From: a virus
Taxonomy: Duplodnaviria > Caudoviricetes
Reading direction: 5' to 3' (one strand)
Length of the DNA stretch: 58,463 nt
Virus record (IMG/VR): IMGVR_UViG_3300011400_000098
Location: 1-58,463 of that record
Below, piece by piece: positions 1 through 8,200 of the stretch. Position 1 is the first letter of the stretch. Each line of letters begins with the position of its first letter. Below the pieces are notes generated by a model. It was not told the DNA's origin and searched no databases. It saw only the letters and a program-made list of their open reading frames with translations. Position numbers and translations under genes: made by a program.

Positions 1-1251
1 CTCGCAGTTGGAGCGAAGGGTCGGCGTGTAACCGATCTAGTCACACTTGAGTACCGTGATCGTCCTGACTCCGTGTCGCACAAGCACAAAGATTGGGAAT
101 GGAATCGCTGGTACTTCTGGACAGGCGGCCGTTACAGATTGGCTGGCGTCGGCGGCCCTATCTTTATCTACGACAAGCCCAAAGTGTCTGTGATTATCCC
201 TGTAGGTGTGGGTCATGAGCGACTTGTTCTAGATGCTATTGATAGCGTGGCTGCACAGTCGTATAGCTTCTACGAGTGGGAATGCCTAGTCGTCAACGAT
301 AGTGGGCGCGAGCTGCATGGGTTGCCGTCGTGGGTGCGTATGGTGCCTGGGGGTCAGAAAGGCGTGTCCCATGCTCGCAACCGCGGTCTAGCTCTAGCTA
401 GGGGCGAGTATGTGATATTCCTCGATGCTGATGACTACCTCCACCCCGAAGCGTTGTATCATCTGTATAATACGGCTACGACGAGTAATTGTAATAACGT
501 TTTTGTGTATAGCGATTGGTTTGAGGCTGAGACAGGTAAACGGCGCGAGAGCGCAGACTTTGACCAAAAGACGGTGTTCGATAAGCTTGCTAATCCTGTG
601 AGTGCGTTGTACAAAAAGTGGGACTTGACGAAGAACGCTGTACGTTGGGATGAATCGTTCGTACACGGTTGGGAGGACTGGGATTTCGCTATTCAAGTCG
701 CGGCGAAGGCGCGCCTCTGCGGCTTGCGGGTGCGCGTGCCTCTTTTGCATTATCGCCTAAAGAGTGGGACTTTAAGGCGAGAGGCCTTCGCCCATCGAGA
801 AGAAATCAAACTCAAGATTCAGCACAAGTGGACTGAATACATCAATGGCGACAGGAGCGAGAGTATGCCTGGATGTGGTGGATGCGGTGGTGGTCGCTAC
901 CCTTCACTCATGGCGGCTGCTGCTAATTCACAAACAGGCCCGTTTGATGGCGTTGATCTGGAAAAAGAAACGACGCTGATTCTGTACACTCCGCCTCCTG
1001 AGTGGTCAGGTACGCGCTCATTCGTGGGGCGTGGGACAGGTAACCGATACCGGTTCTCTCCAGAGCCGCCTGGCAACGTGCGTCGCGTCTACAACGTAGA
1101 TGTGCCGGGGCTTGAAGGTCTAGGCTTCTTCAGGCCTGCAACTACGAGTGGTGCTGATGTGGGGGCCGTCACACCACTCGCTGCGCCTGGGACACCTGAC
1201 GACGAACATGAAGTGGGCGGGGTTGTGGCAGGGGGCGGGACAACGGCGTGA
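1..1251 (+). CDS. C-terminal part of a multidomain glycosyltransferase (end of first GT2, complete second GT2, Cys-rich tail); continues 57015..58463 across the circular junction
   Basis: Frame 1 is open from base 1 (LAVGAKGRRVTDLVTLEYRDRPDS...). GT-A motifs: KVSVIIP, LVVNDSG, GVSHARNRGL, FLDADD, WEDWDF. Confidence 0.9.
   Translation, partial: LAVGAKGRRVTDLVTLEYRDRPDSVSHKHKDWEWNRWYFWTGGRYRLAGVGGPIFIYDKPKVSVIIPVGVGHERLVLDAIDSVAAQSYSFYEWECLVVNDSGRELHGLPSWVRMVPGGQKGVSHARNRGLALARGEYVIFLDADDYLHPEALYHLYNTATTSNCNNVFVYSDWFEAETGKRRESADFDQKTVFDKLANPVSALYKKWDLTKNAVRWDESFVHGWEDWDFAIQVAAKARLCGLRVRVPLLHYRLKSGTLRREAFAHREEIKLKIQHKWTEYINGDRSESMPGCGGCGGGRYPSLMAAAANSQTGPFDGVDLEKETTLILYTPPPEWSGTRSFVGRGTGNRYRFSPEPPGNVRRVYNVDVPGLEGLGFFRPATTSGADVGAVTPLAAPGTPDDEHEVGGVVAGGGTTA
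865..1251 (+). CDS. Possible nested in-frame small Cys-rich protein (MPGCGGCGGGRY...)
   Basis: AGGAG at 853-857, 7 nt before an ATG at 865, immediately after the GT2 domain ends. Confidence 0.5.
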   Translation: MPGCGGCGGGRYPSLMAAAANSQTGPFDGVDLEKETTLILYTPPPEWSGTRSFVGRGTGNRYRFSPEPPGNVRRVYNVDVPGLEGLGFFRPATTSGADVGAVTPLAAPGTPDDEHEVGGVVAGGGTTA

Positions 1252-1604
1252 CTTACTTGGATATCCTCGTAGGTGGCGTCGCTACGTGGCGCATTACACG
1301 TATGTTACTGACGGAGAACGGGCCTTACAAGGTATTCAGAAAACTCCGGGAACGATTTGGCGTGGTATACGTGGACGACGAATCTTTAGAAGTCTCGTCT
1401 TTCAAGTACGAGATAACCATGTGTATGTGGTGTATGTCAGTGTGGGTGGGACTGGCATTGACACTATTGCAACGATTTGTTCCTGGGGGCCGGTGGTTTC
1501 TATTACCGTTCACCTACAGTGCGATTAACGTGCTAGTTGGCCGCACGTTGGAACAGAAGCCTCAACCGCCTGTGCGATCGTTCCCGGAATTCGAGGTCAA
1601 GTGA
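1248..1604 (+). CDS. DUF1360-like small membrane protein
   Basis: ATWRITRML..GP..FRKLR pattern, C-M-W-C-x-S-V-W motif, hydrophobic helices; GTGA overlap with the upstream gene. Confidence 0.75.
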   Translation: MTYLDILVGGVATWRITRMLLTENGPYKVFRKLRERFGVVYVDDESLEVSSFKYEITMCMWCMSVWVGLALTLLQRFVPGGRWFLLPFTYSAINVLVGRTLEQKPQPPVRSFPEFEVK

Positions 1605-2884
1605 TGAGCGCGATTCAAGCCGTCGATTCCTCGCTCGACCGTATGTTCCCGTATACCCACTTGCCTCTGGATCGGTTCGCTAGGATCGTTAGTTATTCAC
1701 CAATCCTGTTCAATCAGGTGGTGATTATGTACAACGAGCTGCAGCGAGACGTGGCGTGCAGCGATCCTGTGCTTCAGTATACCTGGCAGCCTCGCGGTGG
1801 CGGGCGTCCTGGGCGTGAGGAAATCGCACAAGCGATTCAGCAAGCCGAAGATCATATCTATCGTGTATTGAGGTTTAGTCCATCCCCGCGGTGGTTCGAG
1901 GATGAAGTCGATCTAACGCAGGCGCACAAGCTCGGCTATTGGCCTGGCGGTACGTTCGGGTTGCGAGCCAACAACTTTCATGTGATCGAGCCTGGTGTAG
2001 AGCGTTATCAATATTTGGCTAGCCCTCAAGTCGTCTACGAGGACGCAGACGGAGACGGGTACAAAGAGACTGCTGTCTTGTCGTTCGACGCTATGACGAG
2101 CGGCGTGGTCGATGTAAACGAAATTAGTGCGTTTCCTCCTGGTTACGGGCCTGACCCTGCGCTTGAGATTCGTCCTCTACGAGTTGATTTCGATGTTATA
2201 AACGATAAAATTAACGTTACAGTCGCCAGGCATCTCCTTGCGCGTTGGGATTTGCAAGAGCGTCTCGATGCACAGGGGATCGACGGCATGGAGGATACCA
2301 ACTTCTACCCGGAGTTGGATATCTATCGTCACTACAACGACCCAAGCCAAGCCGCGGAAATTATCTGGCCTTGCGGCGGATGCGGGGTGTGCGCGGCGTG
2401 CGCCACGCAAACAGCGACGGGTTGCTTCTGGATCACAGACTCACGTAACGGGTTGATTCGTGTCGGCCCTGCACGATGGGTGGAGGATTCGTACTTTACA
2501 GGCACGGGTGTTGGCGCGTGGGACGTGCTAGGCTGTACGTGGGTGCAAACGCCTGCCAGAGTCAAGCTCAGGTATCGTGCAGGTTTTGTGGAGCCGCGTC
2601 TCAAGCGACCGATGGTTGAGATGGCCCCTGAGCTGGAGAGGGCGGTTGCGTTTCTTGCGTTGAGTTACTTAGATCGGGAGTGGCTGACTTGTGAACAGAT
2701 CAGAAACTTGCAAGCCCATTGGAGGCTCGATCTGGCGACGACTACGAGCAATGCTACTATGAGCAGCTCGCATCGTATTGACCCAGATTTGCTCAAGTGT
2801 CCATTCGGAACAACCCGTGCTGCGCTGTATGCGTGGCGGGTCATCCAACCCCTGATGGTCGGCCAAGCCGTCCTGAACGTGTAG
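1601..2884 (+). CDS. Putative head-tail adaptor / neck structural protein
   Basis: 427-aa ORF between capsid and tail tube; VKLRYRAG...LERAVAFLA resembles adaptor C-termini; Cys cluster CGGCGVCAAC. Confidence 0.55.
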   Translation: MMSAIQAVDSSLDRMFPYTHLPLDRFARIVSYSPILFNQVVIMYNELQRDVACSDPVLQYTWQPRGGGRPGREEIAQAIQQAEDHIYRVLRFSPSPRWFEDEVDLTQAHKLGYWPGGTFGLRANNFHVIEPGVERYQYLASPQVVYEDADGDGYKETAVLSFDAMTSGVVDVNEISAFPPGYGPDPALEIRPLRVDFDVINDKINVTVARHLLARWDLQERLDAQGIDGMEDTNFYPELDIYRHYNDPSQAAEIIWPCGGCGVCAACATQTATGCFWITDSRNGLIRVGPARWVEDSYFTGTGVGAWDVLGCTWVQTPARVKLRYRAGFVEPRLKRPMVEMAPELERAVAFLALSYLDREWLTCEQIRNLQAHWRLDLATTTSNATMSSSHRIDPDLLKCPFGTTRAALYAWRVIQPLMVGQAVLNV

Positions 2885-2899
2885 TAGGAGGGAATCTGC

Positions 2900-4372
2900 G
2901 TGCCAGGTACAGCGTTCACGAATACGTACTCGCGTGTGTGGCTCATCGAAGGTGGGGCGGGGCCGAGTAGGCGGAGAGACTATTTCGGCAACTGGAAGGC
3001 TGGGGCGATCTCGTGGGACTTGGGCGACATCACGACGATTCGTGAGCCTGACCCCAACAACTACAACAAGTTCATCAGGACAGGCCGGTATCGCGGTGAG
3101 CCTGGCGACCCTGAGCTGACGATCACTGCTCGTTACACGTTCCAGCGTTCGCGTCTCCTGAAGATGGCACGCCTCGATTGTGAGCACACGCTGCACGTTC
3201 ACATGGGGCAGTGTGAGAACCCGCAGGACTTCCCTCGCGGGTGGGAAAAGACCCTGATCTTGGAAGGTGCCAGTATTAACTCGTACGGCACCGAAGATTT
3301 GGGCGCGATGTCGCCTGACGAGAACGCACCCGTCAACGAGGAAGTTCCGTTCGTCGGGACTGACCTCTACGAAGTCACACGCCTCACGTTCAGTGAGATG
3401 GCGAGTGCGATGACGACGGGCGCTGTGAACGACGTGTACGTGTGCGACAGCGCACAGTGCGGCGCGTGCGGCGTGGCGTCTGATGGTTGCCAGGTCGTGC
3501 TTGCGTTGGTCGGTGCTGTGGCCGGATCGCCAGGTCTGTCGTCTGGGGTCTTGGTCACTACCAATGGCGGTGGGCTGTGGACGGCGGTCGCAGGGCCTCC
3601 TGTTGCAGGTGATTCTCTCTTCTGCGCAGGCGACGTTGCGGTTGTGCTGTCGGAAGCTGACGGCGCTATGTACTACACCGACCTGAGCGATCTGACCACG
3701 GGCATCGTCAACTGGACGCGCGTTGACAACGGCTTCGCTGTCGGTGAAGGCCCTCTCGCAGCGTGGTCGCTCGGTGCTAGCGAGACGTGGATCGCGGGCG
3801 CAGGTGGTACTATCTACAACTCAAGCGATCCTGCGTTGGGCGTGCAGATCAGCAGCCAGGGTGCGACGGCGAACGACCTCAACGCCATCCACGCCTCTGA
3901 CAGCCTCAACGTCGTCGCGGTGGGTGCTGCGAACACGGTGCTTCGTACCGCCAACGGTGGTGTGTCGTGGGGCGTCGTGCCAGGGCCTGAGCCGGGCACT
4001 GTGCTCACTTCGGTGTGGATGCGTACCTCGCTGGAGTGGATTGTGGGTAGCGCGACTGGACGGTTGTGGTACACGATCAACGGTGGCGGTACGTGGGAGG
4101 AAAAGGGCTTCACCGGAGCCGGGTCGGGCGCGGTGAACGACATCGTGTTCGCCACTCCGTCTGTAGGGTTCCTCGCTCAGAACACCGGCACAGCAGGGCG
4201 TGTGCTGCGTACCATCGACGGCGGCTTCTCATGGTACGTGCTACCGGAGGGCGCAGGCACGATCCCGGCTAACGAGTCCGTGAACCGGCTCGCGGTGTGC
4301 GACGATCCCAACATCTTGTACGCAGCGGGTGTCGGGAGCGGCTCCGACGGTATCTTGCTCAAGGCTGCGTAA
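2900..4372 (+). CDS. Major tail (tube) protein with C-terminal BNR/YCF48-like beta-propeller
   Basis: RBS AGGAGG; directly upstream of the tail chaperone and tape measure; repeated T-x-N/D-G-G-x-x-W Asp-box motifs in the C-terminal half. Confidence 0.7.
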   Translation: MPGTAFTNTYSRVWLIEGGAGPSRRRDYFGNWKAGAISWDLGDITTIREPDPNNYNKFIRTGRYRGEPGDPELTITARYTFQRSRLLKMARLDCEHTLHVHMGQCENPQDFPRGWEKTLILEGASINSYGTEDLGAMSPDENAPVNEEVPFVGTDLYEVTRLTFSEMASAMTTGAVNDVYVCDSAQCGACGVASDGCQVVLALVGAVAGSPGLSSGVLVTTNGGGLWTAVAGPPVAGDSLFCAGDVAVVLSEADGAMYYTDLSDLTTGIVNWTRVDNGFAVGEGPLAAWSLGASETWIAGAGGTIYNSSDPALGVQISSQGATANDLNAIHASDSLNVVAVGAANTVLRTANGGVSWGVVPGPEPGTVLTSVWMRTSLEWIVGSATGRLWYTINGGGTWEEKGFTGAGSGAVNDIVFATPSVGFLAQNTGTAGRVLRTIDGGFSWYVLPEGAGTIPANESVNRLAVCDDPNILYAAGVGSGSDGILLKAA

Positions 4373-4392
4373 TACTCGCATAGGGGGCGCTT

Positions 4393-5001
4393 GTGACTAA
4401 CAGTATCCTGCAAGCAATCCCCGAAGATGCGATGGAAGGTCAGGTTGCTGATGCTCAGCGGCCTGACCGTTTCGTCACGTCCAACGGGATCACATTCAAG
4501 CTGAAGCCCGTCGCGCCGCTTCTGGTGTTGGACGCGCAGAAGCAGATCGTCGAGCCCACTCCACCTAAGCTCAAGAACTACGAGAAGGGAGAGGGCGACG
4601 ACGCACCGCTGGAGGAAAACCCCAACGATCCTGCTTTCTTGAGGGCGCACATGGAGTACCGTCAGAGGGTGGGCGAAGTCTCGAACGCCATCTTCCTGAC
4701 GCGCGGTACTGAGGTGCTTTCTGTTCCTGAGGGCATCGAGCACTACGAAGATAAAGAGTGGGCTGAGGAAGTCGAGGAGTTTGCTGGCATCAAGGTGCCA
4801 GCCGTCGGGCGACGACGCTACTATTGTTGGCTGAAATACGTCGCTCTGACGTCGATGGATGACTTCCAGGGTCTACTCAACAAGCTCACCGCATTGGGTG
4901 GTGTCACGTTGGAAAGCGATGTGGCAACTGCGGAGGCCACCTTTCGGCCTGACGAGGGCGGGGATGCCGCTCCAGGACTACCACCTAACCAAGAAGTTTG
5001 A
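4393..5001 (+). CDS. Tail assembly chaperone (gpG-like)
   Basis: Position between tail tube and tape measure; overlapped by a second ORF in the +1 frame. Confidence 0.7.
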   Translation: MTNSILQAIPEDAMEGQVADAQRPDRFVTSNGITFKLKPVAPLLVLDAQKQIVEPTPPKLKNYEKGEGDDAPLEENPNDPAFLRAHMEYRQRVGEVSNAIFLTRGTEVLSVPEGIEHYEDKEWAEEVEEFAGIKVPAVGRRRYYCWLKYVALTSMDDFQGLLNKLTALGGVTLESDVATAEATFRPDEGGDAAPGLPPNQEV

Positions 5002-5248
5002 CGCAGACATCAACATCCAGCGTCGTTTCGATGGCGAAGTTCCTGAGTTCGAGTGCCGTGAAGCTGCCGTGTACGTCCATGTGTCCTGGATGACCTGGAT
5101 GCAAGAGATGGACGGATGGGACAGGGCTTGTGCAGTGGCACACTATCGCACGTCGCTCTCGTTAAAAGCGCATGTCGAGGATGCAGCCGAAAAAGCATCC
5201 AAGAGACGTGATGCCAGAAACGCACGGCGTAAATCGCGTTCTCGTTGA
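4943..5248 (+). CDS. Tail assembly chaperone extension (gpT-like), probably reached by frameshift
   Basis: +1-frame ORF (4859..5248) ends just before the tape measure gene; ACC-TTT-CGG at 4939-4947. Confidence 0.55.
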   Translation, partial: FGLTRAGMPLQDYHLTKKFDADINIQRRFDGEVPEFECREAAVYVHVSWMTWMQEMDGWDRACAVAHYRTSLSLKAHVEDAAEKASKRRDARNARRKSRSR

Positions 5249-5268
5249 CTTTTTCATAGGTAAGAGTC
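5247..5268. repeat. 22-bp palindrome copy 1 (GACTTTTTC-ATAG-GTAAGAGTC)
   Basis: Matches the dispersed motif; abuts the tape measure ATG at 5269. Confidence 0.8.
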
Positions 5269-8200
5269 ATGCCTCCTAACCTACCTCTGGTTGGCGTAGA
5301 AGCAGCCATTATTGGCATGAACGCCTTTAAGGCGAATGCCAATCTGGTTAACGCTATTCTGCAAAATATGGGGCGCGCTGCACGCGCGTTCTCACGCAAC
5401 TATGCGGCGGGTTCCCAGGACGCAGCCAAGTCTGACGCCCAGCGTGCGGCCGCAGCTGAGCGTGCGTCGAAGCAGGTCGCTCGCGCCAAGCAACAGGAGG
5501 CTGCTGCTAATCAGCGCGCGCAGCAGCAGATCGTCGCAGCCGAGAACAACCTAGCCACAGTCACACAAAACGCTGCTGAGAGGCGTACTAGAGCACGGGT
5601 CAACGCTACGACTGCTAGATCGCGTCTTGCCGCTATCGACCGTGCGGCAGACATCCAGGCAGAGGCGCAACAGAATCGTATACTTAGGTCGCAAGAGCGA
5701 CTAACTGCGGCTCAAAACCTGGCTAGTAAAGCTCCGACCGCTGCACGCGTCGCCAACGTCGAGAAAGCAAGAATCTCTCTCGCAGCCGCGACAGATCGCT
5801 TGGCGACCATCGAGCAACAGGCGTACAACAAGACTAGTCAAGCAGCAGCACAGGCAACGGCTGCAAACCAGAAATATGCAGTCACTCAACGAGCTACGGC
5901 TGCGCAGATCACACAAGCACAGGGCAGGCTCGCAGCCGCACAGCAGAACGCTACAACGGTCGCTGCGCAAGGGGCGCAGAAAGTCACGGCTGCCAATCAA
6001 GCGATGGCGGTTGCTTCGACGGTGGCGGCAACTACTGTGTCGATAGGCTTTGTGGCGATGGCGGCTGCAATTGTGGCGGCTGCTATTGGCGTCACAACAG
6101 CATTGGCCGATGTAGTCAGGAGTAGCGCGGCTTATCAGGATCAAATGACGTTCTTGGGTGTTGTGAGTAACACCACGGGTAAGGCGTTGTACGACTTGAG
6201 TATGGCCCAACTCAAGCTTTCACGCGATACTACTACAACTGCTACTGACCTTGCCATCTTGAGTGAGGAATTGCTCAAGGCTGAAGTCTCGTTCCAGCAG
6301 GTCACAGAGGGCGGAGCACTCAGATTCGCCAACGCTCTGGTTATTGCGTCCAACGGAGAACTGGACGCTGCGCGTGCTGCGATCACGATGAAGATCGCGC
6401 ACGATTCGTTCGCTGCGTCGGGTGCAACGTACGAATCGGCAGCCGATGCGATCAACGCGGCCGCTCAGAACTCGACGCTTACTCTAGGGAACATGGCTGA
6501 CGCCATCAAGCAAGGTGGCGCGACGGCAGCACGCTACGGCTTGTCAATCGAGGAGTTTGCTACAGCTGTAGCAATGTTGGGGCAAGTCATCCCGTCTGGT
6601 ACTGAAGCTGGTACTGGTCTGAGAAACATGTTCGTTCAGCTCCAGAAACCCTCCAAAGAGGGCAAGGAGTTGATGAACAAGTACGGGATTTCTTTGCACG
6701 ATGCGACAGGCAAGACACTCCCGTTCGTTGACGTCTTGCACGACTTGGAAGCTGCGTTTGGCCCCGCAGCTGTAGCTGCTAATGAAGTCACTGAGGCCGA
6801 GCGTGACTATGCGCTCGCTACGATTGCTGGAGAGCGCCAGCAAAAGATTCTAAGTACGCTTATCGAACAGGGAGTAGAAGGGTGGCGTAACCTAGCTACA
6901 GAGATATCCAACACAACGGGCGTAATGGACGCTCAGGAGAAGATTACTGCTAGTACAGCATCCTTGATGGAGACGTTGGGGAACAACGTCACGGCTCTTG
7001 GCTTGTCTTTCGGCCAAGGATTAGACCCTTATCTAAATGCAATTGTAGATGGCTTGGTGAGATTTGCCCAATCTGTTGATTCAACTTACGAAACTACTGA
7101 TGCGCTCGGGCAACTCGTTGGCGGGTTCCTGGCTAACGTATTCCTGAACCTGGGCGAGATTATCGGGTCTATCATCATCCCGACAATCATGTTCTTCTTC
7201 GACATGCTTGGTAATTGGATCAACCTGTTCATTGCGGTCGGTACGACCACAGCGCAGGTCGCGGGTCATATCGCTAGCGTGTTCGGGTCGATGGCCCAAA
7301 TCATCATTCAGACCATCGCTGCTATCGTCCAGTCGAAAGTCAGTTGGAGCCAAGCTTTCGCTCAGATCGGTGCGCTCATCGGCCAGAACATGAGCAACCT
7401 GGGCACACAAGCCCAGCAAATGGCTCAGGTGGTTATGGGCGGGTTCCAAGCGATGGCAAACGGGTGGGCCGCTACGGTCAACTCGGTTGCTAGTGGCGTC
7501 TCTGCGTTCGGCCAAAACTTGAACAACCTCGTACAAGGGGCTGTGCAGGCCGCCAACGGTGTCATCAACGCCTTCAATGGGCTGTCTAGCGCCATTGCAC
7601 GTATCTTGGGCGGCGTAGCCAGTGCCATCAACGGCTTCTTGGACGCTGCATCGGCCATTCCTGAAGTTGGTGAGCGCATTGGCGGTGCACGAGTAGCTGT
7701 TGGCCAGTTCGCAGGAGCGACAGCGGGGGCGGTAAGCGCAGCAGGCGTACAGATCGCTGGCGTGACCACAAGTGCCGGTAATGCGATGTCCGCATTGGGC
7801 ACATCTGCGAGTGGTGCAGCCGCTACAATTCAATCAAGTCTAGGTGCAGCAGGCGGGGCGTTCTCTAACTTTGGTACTAACGTAAACGCTTCTGTGGGGA
7901 ACCTTGGGAATTCGTTTGGCAACTTCTCGACTGATTCAATCGCTGCCATTCAGAAATTGGCGGCGAACCTCAAGATGCCCAACATCCAAAACTACGCTGA
8001 GGGCATCGCAGCGAAGATCGACAAAGCACGCAAGACGGTCGCAGAGCCGACACGCAAGCCCATCGCACGCGAGATTGGGGCTGACCCTAGCGACACTCCA
8101 CGCGGTACATTCCCAGGCAGTGGTGGTGACGGAGGCGCTGGAGACGCAGCGAAGAAGGCAGCTAAAGACCTCGCGGAAGCTATGAATGATGCTGCTGAGC

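Noticed and set aside
73-1251. Stand-alone 392-aa GT starting at 73
   Set aside because: The frame is open from base 1 and continues the 57015 ORF.
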